Origin: Podarcis filfolensis
Lineage: Eukaryota
Reading direction: 5' to 3' (one strand)
DNA: 64,000 nt
NCBI GenBank assembly: GCA_964270895.1
Contig: OZ185442.1
The stretch's first letter is position 1, and each line of letters begins with the position of its first letter. The notes below the pieces were generated by a model. It was not told the origin of the DNA. It made no database searches and was given only the letters and a program-made list of their open reading frames with translations. Both the position numbers and the translations under genes were made by a program. Below are positions 45,436 through 59,571 of this stretch, piece by piece.

Positions 45436-48400
45436 TCAGGAAGCTGCAGCGTAGAGAATGAGAGCACCTAGCTCAGGACCATCTATGTTGGCAGCATCTC
45501 TCCATGCTTGCAGATGGACTCTCTCCCAGCCCCACCTACAGATGCCTTCAGGGCTTGAACCACTGAGTGATGGCCCTTCCCCAAAAGCAGGATAACTGCT
45601 CTGACCTGAAAGTGACTAACAAGCCAGATGTTTCTGCTGCATTATACCATTTCTGTTTTCTCCAACTTTGTGATTTCCAGTAGTGTTCCTGCTTTATCCA
45701 ATTTTATTCTCTACAGATTGTCACTTGTTTAGCAGTTCTCACCTCCATCTCCATCCTTCTTGCTCCCAAGTCCATTTTCACTGCTAATGATCCACTTTCC
45801 CCCCTCCCTCCCGGCACAAAAAATGCCATCTGCCTTTTCACCCTGCATCTCCCTCTGCCACGCACACACACGCCACTGAATTAAGATTCGTTTACCCGGC
45901 CTCTAAAAACTCCCCGAGTCGATAATTTTCCTGCAAGCAATTAAGGGAAGCCATTTCTCCTCCATCAGTCCCATTTGAATATGGAAATGATTTTTAATTA
46001 CTTGGAGTCAATATCATTTTATCACCCAAATGTGTTTGAATTAGGTTTGCCCGTATTTGTAGGGTGTTCTAATAAGCTTCATGCAAATTTTCAATCCAAT
46101 TCATGTGGGTTTGTGTGTTTTTTTTAATGTTATCATTAGCTGGGAAAGGCTTTGTCCTTTTCAGGTTTGGAAGCATTTAATTTATGGGTTTCTTAGCAGA
46201 GCACAAAATGCCTGGGCTGCCATGTCATCTTCCTGAGATGAAGGGGAAATATTCCTCTTCATACGAGAAAATGAACCTCCAGCATCTGCAGCAGGAACCC
46301 TTTTCCTCACAGGATGTGAGATACCCTCATCTCAAACTCTGTTTTCCCTGTCTCCCCAAACCTTCTAAATTAAATGACCCAGAAACCCAAATGTTGTGAT
46401 TTGAAAAAAATCTGCATATTAAGTCCATTTATGTGTGCTTTGAACAATGTACTCTGAGATGCATGCGATGATCCACTTGCCAGATGCTACTGCTGCTGAC
46501 TTCTGCACCGTCTTGGCAACTCTGTACATGCAGTGAATGAATATGCTTGTGCTTAAATAGGACCTTGGGGTCATCTTTGGTGAGTCTACATCTGAATAGA
46601 TATAAGGGAGCTGGGGAGACACTTTGATCCAGTCAGGAGAGTCAGAATTGGATCTAGGGAGGCAGGTTTCACCCCCAAGGTGTTTCCTTCTGAGAACCTG
46701 AAGCTGCTGTCACCTATGAATATTATCCTCGGAATAGGTGTGTGTGTTGTGTATGAGTTCCCACCATTCTGTCACATTCTAGAATGGGTAGAAATAGAAT
46801 TCAACCCAGGATGGAGCTTTTGCAGACATTGCCAAGGTTCACTGAGGAGCAGATTTAACCCCTGCCTCACTGGTGTCTCTTTCCTTCTTTTGTTGTAAAT
46901 GTACAGTCACCACTCATAATAAAAAGGAAATGATCCTGGTCTGAGGACTGGGTCTGAATCCTGCTCATTTGGGGAGCTTCTGTGATGTTTCTCAGTATGT
47001 GTGTTTTAATTTTTTCCAAACTTTTTAGCTCCTCAGCATTCAGTGATCTATTTTATTTGGATGCTGATTTTATACCATTGCTGCTTAAGGCTAATTGCAT
47101 ATATTGGCAATTTTATGGCATTTTCAATACTTTGTTGTTAACTGCCCTGATACTGTATTTGCAAGGGTGGAGTATACATCTAAATATTAAATTCCATTCT
47201 GCTGGATTTAGTTGCAGATAAAGCTAGCAAGTTTTATTATTGGGGAGCTCCTATGCCATCTTGATTCAAGGAGGTGAAAATAGGCTACTAGGGAGAATTT
47301 TAGTTTGGTTCACATTTTAACACAGTCCTAACTAATTCATCCTTCCTAAAGCAATATGCAGACCCAAACACAGGATTCATTTCTCCAAATTTTGGGATGC
47401 AGTTTTCCAACCAAACAAGGTACACAAATATCTGTATGTTAGGGGAAAGTGTACATAAAAATTAATATATAAATAATCTACAAAAATGCATTAAAAATGG
47501 GGGGGATTACTTGCAAAAATGTGTATATTAGGCAAAAGTGCATACATATTTTAGGACTGTATATTCATGGCTTTACATGAGGTGTATTTTTTCCTTTTAA
47601 CTTGCAAACTGATGCAGAAATGTGGCAAACTGTCTTGACTCCCGCCTAAAACACACAGACAGAGGCTCTCACTTGTAAGAAAGAAAAAGGTTCAGGCAAG
47701 TAAGGGTATAGGTTTGGCAGAGGACACTTTGTTAAGCAGTTCAGGAGAAGACAAGAAACTCGGAACTTGGATGGAAGCAATGGAGATATCCCAACAAGTT
47801 TCCTGACCCCCTCCCACCAAACTCTGAAAGATAAGATGGGACTTCTCTTGCCTTGCACACATACACTGCATTGGGGCAAATGGGACTTCTCCCTTCTGTG
47901 ATGGCCACACCTGGTTCTGGTCAACAGGGTTGCACTCTCCTTTTAATCACTGCCACCTCCTGTTCAGCCTCGTGCATGGGCTGATCACAGTTCGCCACAG
48001 TCTCCACTGCTTTCCCTCCCAAAGTGGCTGAAGTCAAGGCAGAAATGGGAGATCTTCCCTCCTCCAACCCAGGTTCCCACAGCTCAGCTCCCTTCTGTTT
48101 CCTCCTCCTCCATCTAGGGTGCAGGCTTGGACTAGCAGGCCAAGAGCACTGCAGGCATCATGACACAAAATGAACTTAAAGCTGGAAAAGCGGGAGACAG
48201 CGAGAAACCAAAATGGGCAGGTCTACCCATCACCAGAAGGTGCCTGGAGAACACCCTGCTTCCTGTCATCCCTACTTTGACTACACGCTGCCTTTGGCTC
48301 TGATGCCGCATCAAATGTTCAGGAGCTGAGGCTTGTTACCAGCAGTGAGTGCTGACCTAGAAAAGGGAATCTCCAAGTTCTAACATCTATCCAACCTGAA

Positions 48401-51400
48401 ATGACTCTGAGTTATTTGAAGTTGGTTGCATGACCTGGGTTGCAAGACACCAATGTGCCTTAGGGCCCTAAAGTGCTTTTTGCATTAACCTTGTTGTTGT
48501 GACACAGCTGCTGGGAGGGCCCCTGCCCCACAAGGTGCGAAGCACCAACCCAACCCTTCTGAAATCCATCACTGCCAGTCCCCTGGTGGTTGTGAGGGGC
48601 TCTGTACAGGATGCTGCAGATTTCCAGGATGCTCTTTATCAAGTTAAAGCAGCCTCTGGCTGTGATGACAGAGTGCAATAGCACGTCTTCATCTCCCTGC
48701 TACTTACAGGGTCTTGTATTTTGCTTGATAGGCTCAGCTACCCTGGATGCATAATTGTTTTGACTTTTCTTCATTAGGGATCCCACCACCACCACCACTT
48801 TGAGCCAGGGGTGTGTGCATTTTGTACATAGGCAATTGTACCCTTTAAGGATGAAGTCTGGTATGGGGCACAAAATGTAGCCTCTTGAGAAACTCAGCAA
48901 GCTTTTGGTTCTCATGAATATGGAGAGACACATGAGACATGAGTGGTTCTTGTGCCTTGTGAAAATCTCAAAGCCCAATTTTCACCTTTTTGTAGTTCTT
49001 GGCTTCTTTCTCTTGCTGCCTACCCCTAGCATTAAGCCCTAATCTCTCAGATCTTTTCAGCAACAGCAGAGGCTTCAGGACTAGGAAATTAGATGTTCCC
49101 AATAACCCCATTTGCTACAGCAAGCCAGTTTTCTTTCTCGGTCCCTGATGAAAACAAGGAAGAATACTGTGGCACCTTGAAGACTAGCAAACTTATGAGG
49201 AGCATCTTATTCATTCAAAAGTGAGCTATGGATCACATGAATGAATGAATGAAATAATAAATGAACAAACATGGCGTTAATACAGGTATTTGATTGTATA
49301 CATAGGGGCTTAATATTCAGTATGGTTTGTTTTCACACTATAAAGGTATAATAAACCCCTATAAGAACTTTAGAATGTTGCCTCTTGATCTTTGGGTTTT
49401 AGCTGCCTTTTCCATTTTTCTTACTTCTGCCATTTTACCTTCTAACAGGATCGCCTCACGGTGCCATTGAACCCATAGCTTCAGATTTTCATGCATGCAC
49501 TTTGGTGGCCTCAAATCCTCTTCGTCTAACACTTTCCACATTCCCTCTTTGGGGTCAGATTTTGGGGGGTGTCATTTGGTGAAGGGGAGATGCACCTTGA
49601 CTTGTTCACCCCTTCAGTCAGCCAGTTCACACTCTGGGACTGCTGTGGCTCATTTTGAACTGTTGTTGAGACATTGTAGGCCAATTCTGAATCTAAGGAG
49701 CTTCTTAGGTGGTTCCTGGCTGCAGTGAGAACTTATTTGGCCCAGAAATGGAAGACACTATAGAGCTTAAACCTCCCATTGTGGTGCAAGGATATGTGGG
49801 CTCTGGCTGCTGCAGAGATAACTCACAAATCACACATTTCTAAGGATAAGGAAGTCCTGGAACATTTCTATGATGTTTGATGGGATTTCATTTCATATGT
49901 ATCAAATTCAGATATACAAAACTCTCCACCCACCCACCAAATTGTTAAATTTGGCTTTCATGATCTGTTTTGTTGCTTTTATTTTTCTTCATTATCTGCT
50001 CTCTACCTATTTGGAAAAATAGATAGCATTGTACTGTTCCTGTGTCTTATAATTTTGATTAGGGTTTTTTGTACTTTTGTAAATATTAGGAGAAAGAGTG
50101 TATAAAGATTTATGGATTGGTGAATATAACAGCAGTGGCTTGCCAGGCAAGGAGGCAGGCAGCAGAACCACTATGCCAGTCTCCCAGCAGGTGGGTTGCT
50201 GTTGCTTCATGAGAAGGATTAGGGAGGTGATTGGGAGGTTGGCAGAGTGCAAAGGCACCAGCAGGATTGAGATTGGTCAGTGCATTTGCACTGTGCCAGC
50301 CTCCCCTCCATCCCCCCTTCCTCCTGGGAAGCAACAGTGACCCACTTGCCTGGAAGATATCTTAGTGGTTCTGCCCCTCCTGATGAGCCACTTATGGAAA
50401 ATGAAATACATTATATGGGGGAAATTGCTTGCAAAAGGTGTATAGGAGACAATATTTAGCCAAGAATGTGTATATTAGGAGAAATGTACACTGACGAATC
50501 TTCAAAAATCTGCCCCCCCCAAAAAGCAAAGTGATGTGGAAATGTGGCAAGCTGAAATTAAGATGGCAAAGAAAGAATCCAAGAGAAACCAGGACTGACA
50601 GGTCCATCCATCCCAATCTTCTGTCCCCGCTAAATTTTCTAACTGAAAAGCAGCACACCCATCTTGTTTTTTCAAATCAGTACTGGGGAAATGATTGCGT
50701 AATAACTATGGTGTACAACAGAGCCTTGAGCAACCTGCCACGGTGGTCCATGGCATGTGTGCAGTCCAGGCACTGAGCCCCTGTGCGGGAGGAGGGCCAT
50801 CATGAGCACAAAAGCATGCCCTGATTTTCATCTGTGAAATATCAGAGGCTGCACAATGGCAATTTGGAGCCATTAACTCCTCTGCTCCTTTTCTCCCAGA
50901 TGATCTACTAAGGTGGCTCTCTTTCCAGGAAAGGCTGACTTGGAGGGACGGATGCTTTTATGGATGCCTTCTGTGCAGGCTCAAGAGGCATTGTCAGCCG
51001 TGGTCCTAAAGGGCACCTATTCTGCATGACGGTCAAGCTCCAATGCTCTGCTGCTGCACTCTCTCCCCCTCTTCCTCTATCCTCATTGTCTGTGAGCCAC
51101 GCTGTTTAAAGAGCCACTGGCAAGAATGTGGTGTGTTGCTGACATAGACCCCTGCCTGGCACGTCCTGCTGGTTTCTGCCTTCTGAGTTGAAATGAATCT
51201 GCTGTTTCCATGTTAGCCAACAGCTCAGGAGTTGGAGAGCTACAGGCTCCATGACAAATCAGTGGACTGTACTGCTGGAGGGGAAATCAGTCCTTGGTGT
51301 GAGGGCCAAAACAAAGTAAAACATTGCAAGGCTCATGGGAACATGCACTTGTTTCTTTAATTGTTAAAGTTTTCACAAGCAGGCTTTTGACTTAAAATCT

Positions 51401-52139
51401 CAAAGTGGTTCACAAAGTGAAGCTCAACTAGCTGCAGACAGACTAATATCATATTAAACCAAAATGAATTAAGGAATGGCCATTGCTAAAATTCTGTCAA
51501 CAGCCATCAGTTTTCATACAAATGTAAGAAGAGCACTGCAGGTTCAGCTCAGAGATCCACCGTGGAGCTTTCTGAGTGTTTTGGACCACAATTCCCATCA
51601 GCCCCAGCCAAAACAGCCATTTTGGACTGCAAATAACATTGGCCAGCCATGTTCACTGGGGCTGGTGGGAATTGTAGTACTAAACATCTAAAGGGCACCA
51701 AGTTGGCAAAGGTTGAGCTTGTCCACAGTAGCCAATCAAATTCCTGTGGGGCACCTGGGAGCAGGGCAAGAAAGCAATAGCAGTTCTCCTCTCCATAATT
51801 AATCTTGAAAAGCTCTCTGGAAGAGGGTTGTTTGAGATGGAGCCTGAAAGCTGCCAATGAAGGAGTGAGACAAACTTGGCGTAACAGGTAGTCAGTGAGG
51901 AACAGGTGGTGCCCAGCCTGGAATCTAAGTAAATGAACTAATAATAAAGCAGATGGTGTCTTTGAGCACACTGAGAGTACCGTCAGCAATGTGTGGTCAC
52001 AAGCAGCCCAGAACTAAGAGGCCCCTTCCGCTCGGATTCACCAAGCACAGGGGAAATACCAATGGCTGCCCAGTGGGGCCAGCCCAAGATACATTCTGCT
52101 TCCTGAGGTGAAAGACAAGATAGTGCCCCCTCCCAAGCT

Positions 52140-52466
52140 TCCCACAGAATTTCTGAAGGGCTGACATGTGGAGAATGGAGCACACTTGTTTTCTGTTGCT
52201 CCAGAGGGTAGGACCCACACCAATGGAGTCAAATCATCCAAAAGGAGAATCTGACTAAACATTAGGAAAAACTTTCTAATGGGAAGAGCTGTTTGACAGT
52301 GAAGTGGACTCCCTTGGAAGGTGGTGGTGGTCTCCACTGGTTCTGCTTTGTTTTGTTTTAAAGAAAGATGGGTTCCCAGGCATTCTTCAGTGATTCCTGC
52401 ATTGCAGGGGATTGAGCTAAATGACCCTCGGTGTCTCTTCCAAATCTAGAATTCTATGATTCTATG
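52140..52466 (+). mobile_element. CR1 3' fragment with tail
   Basis: CTGAAGGGCTGACATGTGGAG..CTCCAGAGGGTAGGAC..CTAAACATTAGGAAAAACTTTCT and terminal TTCCAAATCTAGAATTCTATGATTCTATG. Confidence 0.82.
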
Positions 52467-55400
52467 GTTATGTTTTAATCCAGCCAGATAATCTTTTGAA
52501 CAGTTTAGAATTTGTTGCTAGCAGCACCCCAGATTTCTCTGGTCCCCTTCTGAATCCCAGACACCACCTTTAGAATACCTGTGCGGGTAGCTTCAGATTT
52601 TTGTAGCTGAGCACCGTCCACTCCAAGCATGCTTTTATTTCCTAATGATTCAGAAGCACTCTCTGCTCTGAGTGCCGATTGCTCCTGGGACAGAACCCTC
52701 CAAGGCCTTTTGACTCACAGAGCTGAGGCAGCCCCCTTTCTCCTTATCTTCCCCATTTGAGATGCAAGGCCTCCTCAAAGATTCCTTTTCAGCTTCAAAA
52801 GCTTCTCCCGCCCCCACCTCCTTTGACTTTCAAGCCGTTCTGCCCCACAACAACTCTCCTACTCAGATTTGTCACAGTTCAGACAGAGGCAACTGTAAAC
52901 ATGGCTTTGTTCTCTGTTCAAAATGGCAAGTAACTGATTTGAGCCTCCACTGAGCTCGGCTGAATTAGTAAGAGCCAGAAAGAGTCTCCTGTCATTGAAG
53001 GGCTTCCAGATTTATTCCAGTGGAAACTTTTGTAAGCCAGTTAGTGTTAGTTCCACCCCCAAGTGTTTGACTAGAACTCCCCACATCTCTGATAATTGGC
53101 CATGCTGTCTGGGGATGATGAGATATTCCAGTACATGGAGGGCCACAGATTTTCCATTCCTGCATTAAGAATTATCTTATCTGGCTGGTCCAAAACAATT
53201 TGCTGCCTGAAGTAAAGGGCAAGATGGTGCCAAGTCTCCATTCTACATATAAAAGCCAACTTGACCAGAAGATGAACTTCAGTCCTGCTGATGGGGCAGC
53301 TTCCTTCACTCTACTTGAGAGCAACAAGCTGGCCTAGGAAGTGCAGGGTAGATCACATGGCACACCAACCCAGTGCTATCCATCACTCCCCACTCTACCT
53401 GGCCCCTAGCTGATGCCCGTTCAAGCAAATGGTGCAGGGTTCCCTAACTCCTGCCCAAATATGCAGACAAGCTCTTGTAAGTAAGTAAGTAAGTAAGTAG
53501 TCTTTGTTCAGGGAAGTAACAGTACAGGCTGGGCAGTGGACATGATGCAGGGCAAGAAGTTCAGAACCGGATGGAAGCGACAAAGGTGGTTCTGAGCAAC
53601 AAGGCTGCAGCCTTCTGTTCAGTCACAGCCTCCCTTGCCAGCTGATCAAAGCCCTCTCCAGCCACTACTGAGGTTCTCCGTTCCATAGGAAAGTCAAAGG
53701 GGAGAGCCAGCATCCCCCTTCTAAGGTGACTAGAGACAGGGTGGAAAGGGGCTATCTAAACTCCTTCAACCTAGGTTCCCCCAGGTTCCCCACCTACCCA
53801 TTTCTGCCTTTTCCTGCACCAGAGCCTGCCAAACTGGTCCCAATCCTGGCAACGCTGTAGGCTTCATGACACAAGGCAGCAGTGGGGCCAGCATAGATCA
53901 TGTTAGTAGACCAATGCATCTGTAATGGCTGCTGGGGTGCATTGCCTAGGCTGGCTCTTTCTCTCAGTGAGGAGCCTTTTCCAATCATACTAGCTGTGAT
54001 GTGCTGGGAGAAGGTCAGTGTATGAGGCAGGCAGCCCAGTTCAGCCACAAGGAAGCATTCCCACCCCTGGTTCATGATGTGGGGGCTTCTGGTAGTTCCA
54101 AGGGCCAGAAATAAAGGACCACAGGGCTGCATTCAGCCTCCAGGCTTGAGGTTCCACACGTCTAGAATTCTGGGAGGGAGCCGTCGGCAAAGGGGACATT
54201 GAAGGAGAAGGACTGGAATCACTCATGGGGGTAGCTGAGAGCAAGGCTGCTGGAGGTATGTGGGGATTACTCTGCCCTGCTGTCACGCTTCCTCTGAAAC
54301 CAGTTATTCAGTCACAGCTGAGGCGTCTCAGGACAGAAATTAAAGCTTTTGTGTCCCTGAGAAATAGTTGTGGAAGGTCCCTTTTTGAGAAAAAGAAAAA
54401 GGCTTTCATTGCTCACTGCTTCAAGGTGTTCCATTGCCCACTGCATAAATGGGGCCAGGCGGTTAAGCTGTGTGTTCCACAGTGGGGGGCTGGGAGGCTT
54501 ATTTTCCCACACATTAAAAGGAGAAGCCACTTTGGTTAGCTGCTTTGAAAAAAAGCTGCTGGGTGTATTTTCTTCCCCATAAAACGCCTCGCGACAGGGT
54601 GCGGGTGGGGAAAGGAGCAAAAAAAGAGATAACACTCCCACAAAAAGCTCAGACAGCGTCTTTTGCAGCTCTCATGTATATTAATTACCATGAATATTTA
54701 TGGCAACTTTCTTGCTCCAGAGCACTTCCTGCTCTTGTAGAATCTTTTAATTTCCAATGTTAGTTCATAAAGCAAAAGTAGAGTGGCATTATATGCCAGG
54801 GTGTGTGGTTTTAGAATCTAAAGTTTAGATCAGAAGCAGATCTGGGGTCACAGCTGGCCCACAGGCTAATTTCATGAAAGGGGGGGCGAGAACGGGTGCA
54901 GAAAGAAAGAGTAAAGGGATGGCCCACATCTATCTATGCCTCTCTGGCCCCTGACAGATTACCGACCAAGGGAATGTGACCTTCAATAGAAAAAACGATT
55001 ATCCACCCTGGTTTGGATGGTCTTGTGAACCTTCTTCACACCCAGACTTTCCTAATAGATGCAGCAAACTGTCAGTCACCCACAGTGATGTTGACCCAAG
55101 TCGGATTAATGCTAGAAATTGTAGTTTCTAGGATAGACATATTGCTGGACAGCTCCCTTCAACCCCCTCCCTCTTGGCCATGCTGGCTGGCACTGATGGG
55201 AGCTGGAGTCTCATTTGCCACCCCTGATTTAGGGTTGCCAAAGGGCATCTTGCTGCCATACGGGCCCACCTACTGCATTTTGGATTATAAGAACGGAGAT
55301 AGGATGCAGATCTCTGGCTTATAACTTGGCTTGAAAATAACTGGCTTTTTTTGGATGATATTAATGGAGCCCAATTACAAATCCCTGGGGGCCAGGGAAG

Positions 55401-55918
55401 GGAGAAGGAACCACCACAACACCAGACTGTGGTAAATTTTCCTCAACTGACACTTGTGCTCCCAAAGTGACCCAGGGTCATTTCCCATTGCTTTAGGCAT
55501 GAATGTCTGAACCAGGCCTTTGGACAGCCTTTCCCTAGCCTCACATCCTCCAGATATATTGGACTATAATGCCTATTAGCCCCAACTGACTGGGCCTGAT
55601 GGGGATTGCATGCCCACACTTCTGGCTGGCCTCTGGTTGGGAAAGGGCTGCCCTAGAAGCTCAGGCGCCTGGATCAGCTGATCTGATGCTGTCTTTTCTG
55701 GAATAGCAGCAAGGAGCCTTCCTCTCTCTCTCTGTGCCTCACTGACTCCCCCCTCTGCAGCCTTTCCTTGAAGCTGTTGAGATTTAATCCCTTGTCGAAA
55801 GGTCCCAGATGTTGCAAATGGATATGCACATCTTTCAGCAATCCCACGGCCGCCCTTCATTAACATGTACCTGTTTCCACGTGTCCCGCCGTGTTAGTTA
55901 AAGGTTGTGTAAGTGTCA

Positions 55919-55932
55919 GTTGCTACGGTAAC
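55919..55932. promoter_or_regulatory. RFX X-box-like palindrome GTTGCTACGGTAAC
   Basis: Close to X-box GTTGCCATGGCAAC; E-box CACGTG at 55878-55883 in the same CpG-retaining block. Confidence 0.5.
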
Positions 55933-56304
55933 CAGGGGGCTTGAGAAGAATGATAAATCCACCCACGAGAAGTCAACAGGGGGAGATTTGCCAATAACTT
56001 CAGCAGGCATATGACTGCTGGAAATACAGATATCCGGGAAGGGAGCAGGCCTGAGCAACTGCCTTATTCCTCAGATTCAAGCCAGCTGAAAGCCCACCCC
56101 CCACCTTGCCTTTTACCCCATATACCTTTTACCTCTCCCAGGTTGAACTAGGCAAGGACACATTTGTCCATTTCAGTATCCATCAATTTCTCCCTTTTCC
56201 AATCTGAAATTGTCCACATTTCCACATACAATCTAATATACACACTTCTGCAATCTTGCCTACTGTATTGTACATATTTTTTTGCAAAGCAAGTTCCACT
56301 AATA

Positions 56305-56517
56305 CAGGGGTGGCCAACTCCCAAGACACTGCGATCTGCTCACACGTGAAGGTTGTTGAGCTTTTTTTTTAGGAAGGAAAGCCCTGTTTCTTGGGGTTCA
56401 GGTCAAAGTTGAAAGTTGTTGAGCTTCTTTGGGGGGGAGCCAGTAATCTACCAGTGATCTACCACAGACGTCCAGTGATCTACCAGTAGATAGCGATCTA
56501 CCTGTTGGACGTGCCTG
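56305..56517. mobile_element. hAT-type MITE (213 bp)
   Basis: Perfect 8-bp TSD CACTAATA (56297-56304, 56518-56525); TIRs CAGGGGTGGCCAAC / GTTGGACGTGCCTG; subterminal GATCTACC repeats. Confidence 0.88.
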
Positions 56518-58711
56518 CACTAATATAATGCCTTTTAACGTTACTTTCATAAATGTATGCATTTCCACGCACAGTTTCCCCTGGTATATGCATTTCTCTT
56601 ACACACTGCTTGGCTGCGGAGCCACCTTGCAAAAGTCAAAGAAGTGCTAATTTCAAACGACTGTTGTATCTCTGTTTTGAAAGTGCAAATTAGGGAGGCT
56701 GGTGTCATGAGCCCAAAAGAAACATCATGGAGAAGCTGGTTGGAGCAGGATACGTGGTGGAAGGACCTGCCTGTTGATGACCCTGGGGAGGGGGCCAGCG
56801 GGTTGGAAGAGTCTGCATCAGGAGTCAGGACCCTGGGAGGCAGAGGAGTCATCCCAGGAGGGGGTAACAGATGAGGAGTCAGATCCTGGGGAGGGTTTTA
56901 GCAATGTAAACCCACCCCCCAAAAAACTCTACCTTGTTCTCTCTTATATCATCCAGGCACACTGTGCCCACTTCACCCCTAATTCCTGTGCCAGCCTTGC
57001 CTCTGATTCATGAGAAATTGAGCTTAGAGCTCCAGTTCACCCCACATTTTGTTGCCCTAACAGTGGATGCAACCAGATGGACTAACTGGAAGCCAAACTC
57101 TTGAAGCACAGAGCCTGAGGTGCCTTTGAAACGTCTTCCATGTTCTGCCTCAGGACCCCAACAGTTGCCCCACCCAGGGGCAGAGGAAGGGGGTGTGGTG
57201 GGGGCGGTTTGCCCTGGGTGTCACCACTGGGGGGGTGACAAAATGCCGGGCGCACGCAGGCTCCACGCTGCCCCAAATGGTACACCCACTGCCTCCCCCC
57301 AGCTCTGCTGCTGGTCCAACCTTCACCATCCTCCAGAGTCTGCCATTTGTTAACCAACACCATCTCCCCTGCTCTCCCCCTTCCCTGTCACTTTTTGGTA
57401 TAACCCTGCATACATTTATGTATTATTTCCTAAATCTCTGCTGCACAATGTGTGCTTTATGTAAGCAGTTCTTGTTCTGCAAATTACTGCTTTGTTTTGT
57501 TTAATGTTGTTGTTGTTGCTTTTTTTTAAAAAAAATCGCTAATCAGCCTTAAGTTGAGGCAACCTCCTGACTTAATACATCGAACAACCCGGTAAGAGCC
57601 TAGATAAATCTGTGTTCTTGTCAATATTTTCATTCAGGCTGAACAACTTGTCCAAGCTGAACTTATAATTGCAGAGAGATGCATTCCAGACTTGTTTTAA
57701 AAATGGAATCTCTGCATTGATTTAAACACTAGGGTGAGTACACAGACTGTTACAGTGTTACTTATGTGCACACACGTGCATATTAAATATTTTCAACATA
57801 GTCCACCCTCCACATTGCTTAATCTACACATCTGTTAAAGTATTGGACTGCCTGTTAGGACATCACCATAGCTGTTGAGAGATAGATGAGATACCAAATT
57901 AAAGCTCAGAACATCTAAATGAGCAAGATGGCTTAGTCAACTGGTCCTGCGAACTGGAGAAACTCAGCAAAGGAAAATCAAAAAGGCACTCTGGGGTAAA
58001 TGCAGGTGGCAGTCTCTGAAGTTGTTATTGGCTGTGAGAATTCTGGCTACAGCTAAAATGAACTTTCCCCAGTTATTGGCACATGTGTTGAGGTGGTATG
58101 GAATATGTATGAACATTCCAGCTTCTCAGAAGTGTTATCAAAAACTGACGGAATATCAGGCCCGGGGACAGATGGGGGCTGTATGCTGTTTGTGGGGCAA
58201 TTGTTAGGTTGTGTTTTTGTGAAACAGTCAAATGTGACTAGTGCTTGTGGGTGTCTGTATCAACCACTGGTTGGGGCTGATGGGAGTTAGAGTCCAAAAC
58301 ATCTGAAGGGCAGCAGGTGAGGTATATATGACAATTGTGTTTCATGGCAAAGCTAGCCATAACAATGGAGATGTGTGGATGCATCACCATCTCTTTAAAT
58401 GTCTTTCAAACAGCAACAGCAGGGATGGGATGATCTCAACTGCAACCGTAGTGCAGAAGGAAGGGTGTTTGACTCTTCATCCCAGCCAATTTCTCAGTGG
58501 AAATCCATCCCCAATAATTCCTCTCTCCTTGCACTGTGCTCCCTGTCTGGATTGGGCTCTACAGGAATACTTTATGGTTTTTTTTTATGGGTAGCTATAT
58601 TAATGTAACAAATCAATGAATATCTGGGGGTAGGGTTTTAAAGAGGAGATGCATTCACCCCACTCTGTCATCAAGCCTGGTTGTTTACTTACACAATAAC
58701 CAGGCTAGCCT

Positions 58712-58885
58712 TCTATGGCTCAGTGCTGGAGCATCTGCCTTGCATGTGCAAGGTTCCAGGATCAATCTCTAGCATCTCCAGGTAGCCCTGAGAGAGAACA
58801 ATGTCTGGAATCCTGGAGAGCCATAGCGCAGACTATACTGAACTAGAAGGACCAGTGGTCTTACTCGGTTTAAGGCACTTTCTAA
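58712..58885 (+). mobile_element. tRNA(Cys-like)-head SINE
   Basis: GGCTCAGTGCTGGAGCATCTGCCTTGCATG..GGTTCCAGGATCAATC..GCATCTCCAGGTAG..GACCAGTGGTC. Confidence 0.75.
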
Positions 58886-59571
58886 TAGCCACACTCACAA
58901 ATGCTACGCAGATGTGCCAGTCACAGAGCCCCATCATAACATGCAGTTTGGTCCTGAGTAATAGCCTGACAATGAAATGGTACAAGACTGTTAGCCCTAC
59001 TCAAGCACTGTTGTAAACTGGGAAGCCTTTTCTATTCATTCCAAGCAGAGGTTGTGTAGGATCCTGGAAAAACCAAAGAACAGATGGGGAACCTAGAACA
59101 GCAAGCTCCCTTCCTTCTTCACTCAATCAGCCTTTACCTCATGGAGAGGAGGTGGGGATAAATGAAAGAGCCATCATGTATGGGAGTAAGAGGTCCTGAA
59201 GAGGGCTGTAGAGATGCTGTTGCACATGCACATCCCAAGCAAACAATGAATTGCACATGCCTCCACTCGTTCAGAGATATTTTTGGGGAATGCATTACAT
59301 TAAAGCTTTTAGGAAGCTGTGTGTGTGTGTGCAGTGTATTTGTAATGTGAAAGTTTTGCCTCTGGTTTCTCTTCATCTTTCCAGCCTTGAGTTCAATTTG
59401 CTCTATTTTCACAACTTGCTCCATTTCCATAAATCTATGATTTTTTTTAAAGTCGCATTAAGTCACATTAATTTAGTGCACATTTTTCTGAATATATAAA
59501 ATTCGTAGGTGTTGTCGCCTGATAGAACATTTTAGTGAGCAATTTTCTTTAATGCCTTTTATTAGGGAAAC

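Noticed and set aside
8824-45895. Shared 11-mer GATTCGTTTAC at 8824 and 45885
   Set aside because: Many 11-mer repeats are expected by chance in 64 kb; flanks are not homologous.
49160-49200. Penelope-like terminal motif CTGTGGCACCTTGAAGACTA
   Set aside because: Too short to call from memory without a library search.
56700-57310. LTR-like purine-rich block and partial CAGGGGCAGAGG hAT end
   Set aside because: No matching second terminus or TSD could be verified.
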